A DNA stretch of 64,000 nucleotides from an uncultured Subdoligranulum sp. (GCF_900545545.1 NZ_UQZO01000012.1), one strand, 5' to 3'; positions 50,050 through 59,845 are shown, counted from the stretch's first letter. A program made the numbers and translations. The notes: a model not told the origin generated them from the letters alone.

Positions 50050-50691
50050 TTACGGGTTGAATACATCCTTTTGCCCGATCAGCTCCTGCAGCTCGTTCAC
50101 AAAACGGCATACATGAAATCCATCGCACACGCCGTGATGCGCCTGGACCGCCAGCGGCAGCCGGTAGCGGTGATCTTCCTCATAGTATTTCCCCATGGTA
50201 AAGATCGGCAGCAGATAATCATAGCCCTTTTGGAGGTTCAGATTGAAGCCCTCGAAGGTGACCCAGGGCACCATGGAAACGGGAAAGGTGTTGGCCGGGG
50301 TGCCCGGCTTTCCTTCCAGTTTCTGCACATCGCCGTACTGTTCCAGGTCCCGCCGGTACGCCTGCCGGAATGCGGCAAATTCCGGGTGGTACTCTGTCCA
50401 GAGATTGGAAAAAGTTTCGCTCTCCTTATGGAAAACCGTATAGCTGGGCAGCATCTCGGAAAACACCCCCAGCTCCCCCTTCTCATTGAAGGCGGTCCGG
50501 AACTCGCTGTGCCGGTTCACGAGGGTGGCAAGGGCGTACAGCATGGCGGGATAGAGCTGGACGTGTTCCTCGATGAGAGGGGTGATGTCCAGCTTGACGC
50601 TCATGCTGTAGGTGCAGGGCACCGCGAAACAGTAGTGTTCAAAATATTCTTTTCTGGGCCAGGTCTCTCTGTCAATGATCTGAAATTCCAT
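50050..50691 (-). CDS. cat: Type A chloramphenicol O-acetyltransferase
   Basis: W.RKEYFEHY, PCTYSM, SMVPWVTF, PIFTMGKY and catalytic HHGVCDGFH. Start reset to MEFQII. Confidence 0.9.
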   Translation of the reverse strand: MEFQIIDRETWPRKEYFEHYCFAVPCTYSMSVKLDITPLIEEHVQLYPAMLYALATLVNRHSEFRTAFNEKGELGVFSEMLPSYTVFHKESETFSNLWTEYHPEFAAFRQAYRRDLEQYGDVQKLEGKPGTPANTFPVSMVPWVTFEGFNLNLQKGYDYLLPIFTMGKYYEEDHRYRLPLAVQAHHGVCDGFHVCRFVNELQELIGQKDVFNP

Positions 50692-50929
50692 GGAAACACC
50701 TGCTTTTTTGTTATTGCAGGGTCTATTATAACATATTGGAGTGGGGGTTGCCTGAAAAACCCACGTTCGCGGCGGTTTGCCTTCCGCTGCGAAAATTTTC
50801 ATTTTGTATGTTTTTGACGAATTGTACAATACGGATTCTTTCTCTTTCTTTTGCGGAGACCTCCACTGCCGGTTTGAAGGGGCGTAGGGAAATAACCGAA
50901 GACCGGATGCCCCCGGCCCCTCTACAGCT

Positions 50930-51097
50930 CTATACCGCCGGGCGGTTCCATTTCGGCAGACAGACCGTAAAGGTACTTCCCACGCCGGGTTCTGTTTGTA
51001 CTGCCACGGTCCCTTCATGCAGCGCGACGATTTTCTTCACCATTGCAAGGCCCAAGCCACTGCCTTCCGTTTTGCGGGACGTGCCGCCCTGACAAAA
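50930..51097 (-). pseudogene. Histidine kinase C-terminal (HATPase) remnant
   Basis: Minus-strand translation FCQGGTSRKTEGSGLGLAMVKKIVALHEGTVAVQTEPGVGSTFTVCLP, with no upstream part. Confidence 0.75.
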
Positions 51098-51099
51098 CA

Positions 51100-51246
51100 C
51101 GTCGCTTGAGCAAACCGGAAGAAATCGCCGCGCTGTATGCCGCCGTCAGCGCACCCGAAATGGGATACCTGACCGGCACGGACATTTTGTGCGACAGCGG
51201 CTGCGTTGCAGGCAAGCGAGTTGGGCACAACGCTGTTTCCCGCTAA
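51100..51246 (+). pseudogene. SDR oxidoreductase C-terminal remnant
   Basis: RRLSKPEEIAALY...YLTGTDILCDSG resembles the SDR tail (R.G.PEEIA...YITG..I.VDGG). No N-terminal part. Confidence 0.65.
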
Positions 51247-51371
51247 TGCGCAGGAACCGACCGTAAAAAACAGGGCGGATTTTTGCATATCCCCTATCCT
51301 TCTTTTACAAAAACAGGCGCGAGAGTTTGAAGCTCATCTCGCGCCTGTTTTTTGTGCATATCTCCCCTTTG

Positions 51372-51416
51372 TTGACAAAAGTCGTGCCCTGCTCTATTAT
51401 ATCTCTATTAGATATA
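51372..51416 (+). promoter_or_regulatory. Sigma-A promoter with overlapping candidate PadR operator
   Basis: TTGACA-17-TATTAT and palindrome TATATCT-N5-AGATATA (51398-51416). Confidence 0.65.
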
Positions 51417-51429
51417 TTGGAGGTGTGGC

Positions 51430-51981
51430 ATGGAATACCTGATTCTGGGGCTGCTGATGCTTGCCCCCATGACGGGCTACGAGCTGCAGCAATTCATCCG
51501 GAAGAATCTGGCGCTGATCTGCTCCCACAGTGCGGGAAGTGTGCAGACCGCCCTCGCAAAACTGGAGAAAGACGGACGCATCACCGCCCGGGAAACGATG
51601 GCGGGCCGCCGCCGCAAAAAGACATTTTCCATCACCCCCGCCGGGCGGGATGCCTTCGCCCGCTGGGTAGCCCAGCCCATGCAGGCAGACAAGGTGAAGA
51701 ACATGGAACTCTCCCGCCTGTTCTTTGCGGGTCTGGCCCGGCCGGAGGAGCGTGTCGCTGCCATCCGGGATTATATCCGCCAAATGGAAGAGACACGGGG
51801 AATCCTTTTGGGGATACGGGAAAGTTTCCGCCGCATCCCTGCCGAGGAGCTGCCCGCCGGGACCGACTGGTCCCTGGTGCTGCGCTTTCAGGGGTACACT
51901 TTGGACTACGGCATCGCTGCTGCGGAATTTGAGATCGGCTGGTACAGCCGCCTGCTCACAGAATTGGAGGAACACCCATGA
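51430..51981 (+). CDS. PadR family transcriptional regulator
   Basis: ILGLL..PMTGYEL, S.GS...AL.KLEKDG.I and ITPAGR.AF..W, with a C-terminal helical domain. Confidence 0.9.
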   Translation: MEYLILGLLMLAPMTGYELQQFIRKNLALICSHSAGSVQTALAKLEKDGRITARETMAGRRRKKTFSITPAGRDAFARWVAQPMQADKVKNMELSRLFFAGLARPEERVAAIRDYIRQMEETRGILLGIRESFRRIPAEELPAGTDWSLVLRFQGYTLDYGIAAAEFEIGWYSRLLTELEEHP

Positions 51982-53372
51982 AAATCCTTGTGCTGAACGC
52001 CAGCCCCAAGGGCGGCAATTCCACCACCGTACATACGGCCCTGTATCTGCAGGCCCTGCACCCGGAACATCAGTTCACCGTTGTGCCGGTGGGCCAGCGC
52101 ATCAAGCGCTACGAAAAGGACTTTGCGCCCTTGCGCGCCGAGCTGGAACAGGCCGACCTGCTGCTTTTCTGCTATCCGGTCTATACCTTTATCGCGCCCT
52201 ACCAGCTGCACCGGCTGATTGAGCTCATCAAGGCGGACGGGGTGGATCTTTCCGGCAAATTTGCCAGCCAGATCACCACCTCCAAACACTTTTACGATGT
52301 GACCGCCCACCGCTATGTGGAAGAAAACTGCTGTGACCTGGGGATGAGGGTCGTCCGGGGGCTGTCTGCCGACATGGACGATCTGCTGACCGAACAGGGC
52401 CAGCGGGACGCCCGGAATTTCTTTGATCAGCTGGTGTTTTCCTGCGAGCATGGCCTGTTTGTCACGCCCCCTGCCCGGGCGCCCCGAAGAGAAAAGCCGG
52501 TGTATCAGCCGGTGCTGCCTGCCGCCCCCAAAACACCGGGGAAAGATGTGGTCATCGTGACGAACTGCGCCCCGGAGGACGAAAACCTCCGCCATATGAT
52601 CGCAGATTTCCGCGCCGCCCTGCCCCTGGAAAGCCGGGTGGTCAACCTGCGGGAGTTCCCCTTTGACGGCGGCTGCCTGGGCTGTTTCGGCTGCGCCGTC
52701 ACCGGAAAATGTGTTTATAAGGACGGGTTCGACGAATTCCTGCGCACCAAAATCCAGAACGCCGACGCCTTTGTCTATGCCTTTACCATCTCGGACCATT
52801 ACACCCATTCCAGCTTCAAATGCTATGACGACCGGCAATTCTGCAACGGCCACCGCACCGTCACCCAGGGCAAACCCATCGCCTATCTCATCAGCGGCGA
52901 CTACCGGTACGAGAGCAATCTGCGAATGATCGTGGAGGGCCGGGCCGAAGTGGGCGGCAACTGCCTGTGCGGCGTGGCCACCGACGAGGGAGATACGACG
53001 GCAGCGCTCCGCACGCTGGCCGATGGCCTGGTGTTTGCGCTGGACAAGAAACTTTCCCGCCCGGCCAACTTTTACGGCGTGGGCGGCATGAAGATCTTCC
53101 GTGACCTGATCTACGTCATGCAGGGCATGATGAAAGCCGACCACAAATTCTACAAAGAACACGGCATCTACGATTTCCCGCAGAAACAGAAAAAGCGTAT
53201 CTTGCAGATGAAACTGGTGGGTGCCCTGATTGCCATCCCCTCGGTGCAGAAAAAGATGAAAGGTCAGATGAACCAGTACATCATCGGCCCCTACCAGAAG
53301 GTCGTGGCGGACGCCGCAAAAGGCCGGACTTCCTCCGCAGAGCAGCCGGAAAAAAACGTTGCACCGGTATGA
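51978..53372 (+). CDS. Tandem flavodoxin-fold NAD(P)H-dependent oxidoreductase with iron-sulfur flavoprotein Cys motif
   Basis: N-terminal MKILVLNASPK...YPVY and a second domain with CLGCFGCAVTGKC (CX2CX2CX5C). Confidence 0.8.
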   Translation: MKILVLNASPKGGNSTTVHTALYLQALHPEHQFTVVPVGQRIKRYEKDFAPLRAELEQADLLLFCYPVYTFIAPYQLHRLIELIKADGVDLSGKFASQITTSKHFYDVTAHRYVEENCCDLGMRVVRGLSADMDDLLTEQGQRDARNFFDQLVFSCEHGLFVTPPARAPRREKPVYQPVLPAAPKTPGKDVVIVTNCAPEDENLRHMIADFRAALPLESRVVNLREFPFDGGCLGCFGCAVTGKCVYKDGFDEFLRTKIQNADAFVYAFTISDHYTHSSFKCYDDRQFCNGHRTVTQGKPIAYLISGDYRYESNLRMIVEGRAEVGGNCLCGVATDEGDTTAALRTLADGLVFALDKKLSRPANFYGVGGMKIFRDLIYVMQGMMKADHKFYKEHGIYDFPQKQKKRILQMKLVGALIAIPSVQKKMKGQMNQYIIGPYQKVVADAAKGRTSSAEQPEKNVAPV

Positions 53373-53577
53373 TGCACCACACAAAAACATCCCGCCCCAG
53401 GGCACCGCAGCGGTGGTGCTGCTGCCGGCGCTGGCCCGTGCCCTGTATGCGGCGGTGTTTTCTTCCCTTATGCCAACCGCCTCCCCATCCGGAGAGATAC
53501 GCCCACAAACCGGGCCGCAGGCACGGCCCGGTTTTCCTTGGTGTTGGCCCTGCATATTCTGACAAAGGTGATGTACT

Positions 53578-54288
53578 ATGAAAAAGACCAAAATTCCCCT
53601 TTCCAAAAAACTGCTGATCGCCGTCGGTATCCTTGTCCTGCTCCTGGCTGTATGCGCCGGGGCTTTTTTCTGGTATGTTTCAGACTATTACCGCGCGGAG
53701 GATGTAGCTCTGGAGGTTCTGGCGCAGGACAGCGGCATAACGGTACAGGATAATCTGACCATCCTGTCGCCCTCGGTGCCTTCGGACGCCGCCGTCATCT
53801 TTTACCCCGGCGCCAAGGTGGAGGCGGAAGCCTATCTGCCGCTGCTGGGACAGATTAAGCAGACCGGCGTGACCTGTATCCTGGTGCATATGCCGTTCCA
53901 CATGGCCATTTTTGACGCCAACGCAGCCGAAGACGTTATGGAACAGTTCCCGGATATCCAGCACTGGTATATGGCGGGGCATTCCATGGGCGGCGCCATG
54001 GCGTCCCAGTTTGCCTCGGACCATCCGGAGGAGATCGACGGGCTGATCCTGCTGGGCGCCTATATCTACGGGGACTATCCCGCCGAAAAGACCCTGACGG
54101 TGTACGGTTCCCTCAACCAGAGTGTGGAAGACCACATTGATTACACCGAGAATGTCGTGGAGATCGAGGGGGGCAACCACGCCCAGTTTGGCAACTACGG
54201 TCCGCAGAAAGGCGATCTGCCCGCCACCATCTCCGCCGAGGAACAGCAAAGACAAACCGTCTGCGCCATCGAAGAATTCATGCAGTAA
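53578..54288 (+). CDS. Membrane-anchored alpha/beta hydrolase
   Basis: N-terminal TM, FYPGAKV, nucleophile GHSMGG and GGNHAQFGNYG. Confidence 0.88.
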   Translation: MKKTKIPLSKKLLIAVGILVLLLAVCAGAFFWYVSDYYRAEDVALEVLAQDSGITVQDNLTILSPSVPSDAAVIFYPGAKVEAEAYLPLLGQIKQTGVTCILVHMPFHMAIFDANAAEDVMEQFPDIQHWYMAGHSMGGAMASQFASDHPEEIDGLILLGAYIYGDYPAEKTLTVYGSLNQSVEDHIDYTENVVEIEGGNHAQFGNYGPQKGDLPATISAEEQQRQTVCAIEEFMQ

Positions 54289-54449
54289 CTGGTTGTTGCC
54301 CGGAAAACAACAATGCTCATCCTGGCGAAGAAACGCCATTGAATCATCAAAAAGCATTCGGCAGAATGTCAATTTTTCCCTGTACTGGTTTTTGGTGAAG
54401 CATTGCCGCAAAGGCCGGGATGATTTCTTGCCCCATTTTTTCTCTATAT

Positions 54450-54490
54450 AAAATAACAGTCGGCTCCCACAAGGGGCCGACTGTTATTTT
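54450..54490. terminator. Bidirectional intrinsic terminator
   Basis: AAAATAACAGTCGGC/GCCGACTGTTATTTT. Confidence 0.75.
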
Positions 54491-54567
54491 GTGTTGCGGT
54501 GATTGGTGCGGGAATTTCTCTCCGCAGCCGTCTTTGTTCCCTGTTTCCGCCGCGGGGCGCTTATGTT

Positions 54568-55902
54568 TTATGCCCGGGCGGTGGTCACGGTGTCGAAGTC
54601 GCCTTCCAGCGTTCCGTCCAGCCCGAACACCACATGGCTGAGCACATACCGCCCGCCATCCAGGAAAATTTCCACGAGGTGGTCCGTCACAAAGATATCC
54701 AGGTCACAGGCATCCTGCCCCAGGGCGGGGGTGCGGGCGGTCAGGCGATAGCCGGGCAGGCCGTCCAAAACGGCGCTGCGGTCGGTGCACAGGCACCCGC
54801 CTTCCATCCACAGGCGGTAGCCGCCCACATTCCAGGTCTGCCCGCTGCGCAAAGTACCCTGCAGCCGCACCGGTTTGTGGTCGGCCAACGGCGCCAGGCC
54901 TTCCGCCGGTTGGGTGAAGCAGGCCGTGACGTGGGGGTGTACGGGGAAGCAGAGCTGCCCGTTCCGCCATTCCACCAGCCGGGGCAGGCTCATCATGCCG
55001 CGCCAGGGGGCACGGCCGTCGGGCGCATCTTCCACCGGGCGGGGCATCCGCATCCAGCCGATGAGCACCCGGCGGCCCGTTTCGTCCAGCGTGGTCTGGG
55101 GGGCATAGAGGTCCAGCCCCCAGTCCACCATGGCGGGGGCGCCCTGCAGGGTAATGCGGCAGGTGGTTTCGTCAAAGTCCACCGGCATCCAGGTGGATTG
55201 GTCGGGGTACTGCAGCCCGTCCGCCGTGATGCCCATGGGGGAACCCAGCAGCACCCAGCGCCCGTCCAGGCAGAAAAGGTCGGGGCATTCCAGCGTGGTG
55301 CCAAGGGCAGGGTCTCCGAACCGCCCGGCGCAAGTCCAGGTCAGGCCGTCGGCGCTGCGGTAGAACAGCAGCTGGCCCACTCCGTCCCGGGTGCTGCCCA
55401 GCACCATCCGGAAACTGCCGTCCGCTGCCCGCCAGACCTTGGGGTCCCGGGTGTTCTGGGGGTCCCCCGCCTCCGGCGCGGCGGGCACCGGCAGCACCTG
55501 CCGCTTGGCGTCCAGGTTGTCGAAGGCGACCCCGTCCGGGGAGATCACCAGCGCCTGGCTGGCCTTGAACCGGTTGTGCAGGGCCCGGTGGATGTTGTCG
55601 GGGTTTTCCTCATCGTAGCGGATGGCGGTGTAGTAGAGGTAAAGCGCTCCGTCCACCTCCACCGCGCTGCCGGAAAACACCCCGTTGCGGTCGTAGGCCT
55701 TGCTGGGGTAGAGGGCGATGCCCCGGTGCTCCCAGTGGACCAGATCGTCGCTGACGGCATGGCCCCAGTGCATGGTGCCCCAGCGGGGCAGGTAGGGGAA
55801 GTGCTGGTAAAACAGATGGTACCGGCCTTTATAATAAATGAAGCCGTTGGGGTCGTTGATCCAGTGCCCCGGCGCTTTCAGATGCAAAAAATCGTGCAGC
55901 AA
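54568..55902 (-). CDS. scrB: GH32 sucrose-6-phosphate hydrolase/beta-fructofuranosidase
   Basis: Motifs WINDPNG, WGHAVS, FSGSA, RDPKV and LECP. TTG start after AAAGGAAGG. No signal peptide. Confidence 0.88.
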   Translation of the reverse strand: MLHDFLHLKAPGHWINDPNGFIYYKGRYHLFYQHFPYLPRWGTMHWGHAVSDDLVHWEHRGIALYPSKAYDRNGVFSGSAVEVDGALYLYYTAIRYDEENPDNIHRALHNRFKASQALVISPDGVAFDNLDAKRQVLPVPAAPEAGDPQNTRDPKVWRAADGSFRMVLGSTRDGVGQLLFYRSADGLTWTCAGRFGDPALGTTLECPDLFCLDGRWVLLGSPMGITADGLQYPDQSTWMPVDFDETTCRITLQGAPAMVDWGLDLYAPQTTLDETGRRVLIGWMRMPRPVEDAPDGRAPWRGMMSLPRLVEWRNGQLCFPVHPHVTACFTQPAEGLAPLADHKPVRLQGTLRSGQTWNVGGYRLWMEGGCLCTDRSAVLDGLPGYRLTARTPALGQDACDLDIFVTDHLVEIFLDGGRYVLSHVVFGLDGTLEGDFDTVTTARA

Positions 55903-55979
55903 AACGGTCCCTTCCTTTCGGATGCACCAAAACACCCGGGGCCCTGCAGCCATGGGCCGCAGGGCGCGGGTGTTGTGTG

Positions 55980-56813
55980 TCAGAATTCCACTTCCATGCC
56001 GTCGTAGGCGGCCAGGATGCCCCGGTCGGCGCCCCAGGCGGCCAGCTCGTCGTGGGTCATTTCGCCGTTGTGGCTGAAGTGGTTGATGACCTTCACGGTA
56101 CGTTTGTCGATACAGCCGGCATCGGTCAGCCGGGCGATCATCGCCTCCACATCGGGCAGGCCCATGTGGTAGCCGCCGATGGTCTTTTTGCCCATGGTGG
56201 CGTCCAGGCTGATGAGGTCATAGTGGTGGGCGGTGACCAGCGCCCAGGCCTCCTCCGAGAGGTTCAGCCCGGTATCGTGGCCGTAGAACAGCGTTTTGCC
56301 GTCCTTCTGGCAGATATAGACCAGGCACTCCTCCCGCTTGTCGTGGTCGGCGGGCACGGCGGTGATCTGCCAGCCGTGGCTTTCCAAGCGGTCCCCGCCG
56401 TGGGTCACGTGGAAGTGGACCACGTCCCCGATGGGATGGGGCTTGAACCGGTCCACCAGGATGTGGGCGTCAAAGGCGTCCTTTACGGCCTGGTTGCCGT
56501 AGACTTCCAGCACCCCGGTGACCCCGTGGCCGAAATGCTCGTGCCGGTGGATCAGATCGGTGGGGAACCAGTGGTCCATATGGCTGTGGGTCACCAGCAG
56601 GGTGTGGACTTTGGCCAGCTCCAGGTCATAGCGCAGGGCGTGGCAGTAGGTATCAGGAGGAAAATCCAGCAGCAGCTCCCCGTCCAGGATGGCCTGGGTA
56701 CGGGTGCGCAGATTTTTGCCGCCTTCTGCCCGGGCTTTGGTGCAGATGGGGCAGGAGCAGAACAGCGCCGGCCAGCCTTCCGCGGCGGCGGTACCCAGAT
56801 AGCGGATCTTCAT
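55980..56813 (-). CDS. MBL-fold metallo-hydrolase, PhnP-like
   Basis: LGTAAAEGWP.LFCSCPIC, THSHMDH, YGHDTG and NHFSHN...AYDG. Confidence 0.85.
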   Translation of the reverse strand: MKIRYLGTAAAEGWPALFCSCPICTKARAEGGKNLRTRTQAILDGELLLDFPPDTYCHALRYDLELAKVHTLLVTHSHMDHWFPTDLIHRHEHFGHGVTGVLEVYGNQAVKDAFDAHILVDRFKPHPIGDVVHFHVTHGGDRLESHGWQITAVPADHDKREECLVYICQKDGKTLFYGHDTGLNLSEEAWALVTAHHYDLISLDATMGKKTIGGYHMGLPDVEAMIARLTDAGCIDKRTVKVINHFSHNGEMTHDELAAWGADRGILAAYDGMEVEF

Positions 56814-56834
56814 GGGACGTTGCCTCCTTCCGGG

Positions 56835-58733
56835 TTACCGGGCCGCCACTTCCAGCAGGGGCTGCAGGGCCTGGCAGGCGCCGGTGTGTACCGTCATTTC
56901 ACCAAAGTCGTCGGCGTTGGTCAGCAGCACCGCCACCATGTCGGGATGCCCCGCGGCGGCGATCTTTTTCCGGTCAAAGGTCAGCAGCTTGTCGCCGGCC
57001 TTGACCTTCTGGCCTTCCTGCACAAAGCAGGCAAAGCCGTCGCCCTTCATGTCCACGGTATCCACGCCCACGTGGATGAGCAGTTCCATCCCGTCGGCGG
57101 AGGTGATGCCCACCGCGTGGTGGGTGTCGGTGACCGAGGAGATTTCGCCGTCAAAGGGGGCTACGATGGTCTCCTCCGCAGGCTGGATACCGGCGCCACG
57201 GCCCAGCACGCCGGTGGCAAAGGTCTCGTCGGGGATCTGCTCAGAAGGAACGGCCTCACCGGCCACCGGGGCACCGACGGTGCCGGGCTTGACCGCGGCA
57301 GCGGGAACTTCCGGGGCGGGGGCGGGCTCTTCGGCCTTTGGTGCCTCCGGGGCGGGGTCCTTATAACCGAACACCCAGGTCAGGGCGAAGGCCACGCCGA
57401 TGGAGATGGCCGCCATGATGATGTATTCCAGCGGATGCTGCAGGCAGAGCAGCAAGCCGAAGATGCCGGTGACGCCGGTGCCGCTGGCGCCCAGATGGAC
57501 CAGGGAGGCATACATGGCGCCCGCCGCGCCGCCGATGGCGCCGCAGACAAAGGGCTTGAAGAAGCGCAGGTTGACACCGAAAATGGCGGGCTCGGTGATG
57601 CCCATGAAGCAGGAGAAGGCGGAGGGCAGGGCCACAGCCTTGGTCTTGCCGTTTTTGCTCTTGAGGGCCACAGCCAGGGTGGCGGCACCCTGGGCCATGT
57701 TGGCGGCGGAAGCCAGGGGCAGCCAGTAGGTCACGCCGTACATCGAGAGCTGGCCCATATCAATGACGGTGTACATATGGTGGATACCGGCCACCACGGT
57801 GGTGGAGTACAGACCGCCCATGATGAGGCTGCCGATGCCGAAGGGCAGGGTGAGCAGGGTCTGGATGCCGCCGATGATGCCGTTTTCGATGGTGACGAAG
57901 ATGGGTCCGATGATGGAGAAGGTCAGGTAACCGGTGACGAAGACGCTGACCAGCGGGGTGACAAAGAGGTCAAACATGGCGGGCACGATCTTGTGGAGCT
58001 TCTTTTCCAAAAAGCACATGACCCACACGGCGATGATGACCGGGATAACGTGGCCCTGATAGCCCACCAGGTCCACCGAGTAGAGGCCGAACCAGACGCT
58101 CTGGGTCTGTTTGACGCCCTCGGTGGCCACGGTCCAGGCGTTCTGCAGGTTGGGGTGGATCATCATCATGCCGATGACGGCGCCCAGGTAGGGGTTGCCG
58201 CCGAAGGCCTTGGCGGCGCTGTAGGCGATGAGGATGGGCAGGAAGGTGTACGCCGTGTTGGAGAAGAGGTTGGCGAACACATAGATGGAGCCGGAGGTGT
58301 CGATGTTCAGGAAGTTGTTGTTGACCATGAAGTTCAGCGCTTCCATGATGCCCATGAGGAAGCCGCTGGCCACAATGGCGGGGATGATGGGCACAAAGAT
58401 GTCGCCCAGCGTCTTGATGGCCCGCTTGAAGGGGTTCTGGCGGGCGGCGGCCGCGGCCTTGACCTCATCCTTGGTGGCGGCGCTGATGCCCGCGATGGCG
58501 ATGAACTCGTCATAGACCTTGTTCACCACGCCGGTGCCGAGAATGATCTGCAGCTGCCCCGAGGCACTGAAGACGCCCTTGACGCCCTCAATATCCTCCA
58601 CCGCTTTGGCGTCGCACTTGGCGTTGTCCACCAGCACCAGCCGCAGCCGGGTGGCACAGTGGGCCGCCGAGACGATGTTTTCTTTTCGCCCGACCTTGTC
58701 GTAGATCTCCTGGGCTACTTTCTTGTAATCCAT
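56835..58733 (-). CDS. scrA: PTS sucrose/beta-glucoside family transporter IIBCA
   Basis: HCATRLR (EIIB), GITEPAIFG (EIIC) and LIHVGVDTV (EIIA). Start reset to MDYKK. Confidence 0.9.
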   Translation of the reverse strand: MDYKKVAQEIYDKVGRKENIVSAAHCATRLRLVLVDNAKCDAKAVEDIEGVKGVFSASGQLQIILGTGVVNKVYDEFIAIAGISAATKDEVKAAAAARQNPFKRAIKTLGDIFVPIIPAIVASGFLMGIMEALNFMVNNNFLNIDTSGSIYVFANLFSNTAYTFLPILIAYSAAKAFGGNPYLGAVIGMMMIHPNLQNAWTVATEGVKQTQSVWFGLYSVDLVGYQGHVIPVIIAVWVMCFLEKKLHKIVPAMFDLFVTPLVSVFVTGYLTFSIIGPIFVTIENGIIGGIQTLLTLPFGIGSLIMGGLYSTTVVAGIHHMYTVIDMGQLSMYGVTYWLPLASAANMAQGAATLAVALKSKNGKTKAVALPSAFSCFMGITEPAIFGVNLRFFKPFVCGAIGGAAGAMYASLVHLGASGTGVTGIFGLLLCLQHPLEYIIMAAISIGVAFALTWVFGYKDPAPEAPKAEEPAPAPEVPAAAVKPGTVGAPVAGEAVPSEQIPDETFATGVLGRGAGIQPAEETIVAPFDGEISSVTDTHHAVGITSADGMELLIHVGVDTVDMKGDGFACFVQEGQKVKAGDKLLTFDRKKIAAAGHPDMVAVLLTNADDFGEMTVHTGACQALQPLLEVAAR

Positions 58734-58809
58734 TCCATTCATCCTTTCTGAAAGCTGTTTATTCGATCCCCCGCCGGGGGTGGAATACGGAAATAAAGAA
58801 AGCCGCAGC

Positions 58810-58831
58810 GTTGTGAATACGTATTCACAAC
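58810..58831. promoter_or_regulatory. LacI-family operator upstream of PTS gene
   Basis: Perfect 22-bp palindrome GTTGTGAATACGTATTCACAAC with central CG. Confidence 0.8.
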
Positions 58832-58876
58832 CGGGCAAAAAAGACCCTGCCTGCCGTTTGTTCCGGGTAGACAGGC

Positions 58877-59845
58877 TCAGGTACTTTCTCGCAAAATCAA
58901 TTCCGCCGGAAAAGAGCGCAGCAGCGGCGGATGGTCGCCGGGGTTTTCGATGCAGTCCAGCAAAAAGGTCACCGCTTCCCGGGCCATCTGTGCGGTGGGC
59001 TGGCGGACGGTGCTCAGCCGCGGATTCAGGAATTGCCCCATAAACGTATCGTCAAATCCCATGATGCCCACCTGTTCCGGCACCCGGACCTGCAGCTCCC
59101 GCAGAATATCCAGGGCTTGCAGGGCATAGATGTCGTTGCCGGCAAAAACCGCCGCCCGGCTGTCGCTTTCCGCCAGCCAGTGTTCCAGCTCCCGGCGAAA
59201 GTCGTCGTGGTCCCCCAGCACCCGGTTGGTGACGGCATCCCCGAAGCCATGCTCCGCCAGCCACTGGCGGAAACCCACGTATTTTCCGTCGTAGTCCTTG
59301 CCGATGAAGAGGAACCGCCGGTAGCCCCGTTCTGCCAGGCAGGCGGCCACCTGGGCACCGGCGGTGGGATGGTCCACATAGAAGCAGTCCAGCCCCTCCG
59401 CCCGGCGGGTGATGGTCACCACCGGCACGTCCAGCCGCTTGACGTAGTTGTACCACTCGGCGCTGGTCTCCCGGATGGGCACCGCCAGCACCCCGTCTAC
59501 CCGGTAGCGGCGCACCACATCCAGATATTCCTGCTCGTTGGCGGGATTGTAGTCGCTGTTGAACAGGATGATGCTGTACCCCCGTTCCCGGGCGCAGATC
59601 TCGATCTGCTTGGTCAGGTCGGCAAAAAAGCCGTTGGAGATATCGGTGACCAGCACCCCCAGCAGGTGGGTGGGGCTGCCCTTCAGCCCTTTGGCCAGGG
59701 CGTTGAGCTGGTAGTCATGCTCCCGGGCGCAGGCCAGCACCCGCTCCCGGATCTCGGGGGAAACCTTGGGATTGCCGTTGAGCACCCGGGAAACTGTGGG
59801 CTGAGACACATGGGTCAGCCGTGCAATTTCGGCCATGGTGATCAT
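58877..59845 (-). CDS. LacI family transcriptional regulator (ScrR-like)
   Basis: Motifs TMAEIARLTHVSQPTVSRVLN, N..AKGL, GFDD and LSTVRQP. Confidence 0.94.
   Translation of the reverse strand: MITMAEIARLTHVSQPTVSRVLNGNPKVSPEIRERVLACAREHDYQLNALAKGLKGSPTHLLGVLVTDISNGFFADLTKQIEICARERGYSIILFNSDYNPANEQEYLDVVRRYRVDGVLAVPIRETSAEWYNYVKRLDVPVVTITRRAEGLDCFYVDHPTAGAQVAACLAERGYRRFLFIGKDYDGKYVGFRQWLAEHGFGDAVTNRVLGDHDDFRRELEHWLAESDSRAAVFAGNDIYALQALDILRELQVRVPEQVGIMGFDDTFMGQFLNPRLSTVRQPTAQMAREAVTFLLDCIENPGDHPPLLRSFPAELILREST

Noticed and set aside
50692..51018. N-terminal extension of cat (322-aa ORF) or an attenuator leader peptide
   Set aside because: CAT homology starts at MEFQII, a -10 box lies just upstream of it, and no RBS-led leader peptide is evident.
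53369..53581. 70-aa Cys/Arg/Pro-rich ORF with ATGA overlaps at both ends
   Set aside because: Composition looks like off-frame GC-rich sequence with no motif. The overlaps are probably chance, though Ribo-seq could overturn this.
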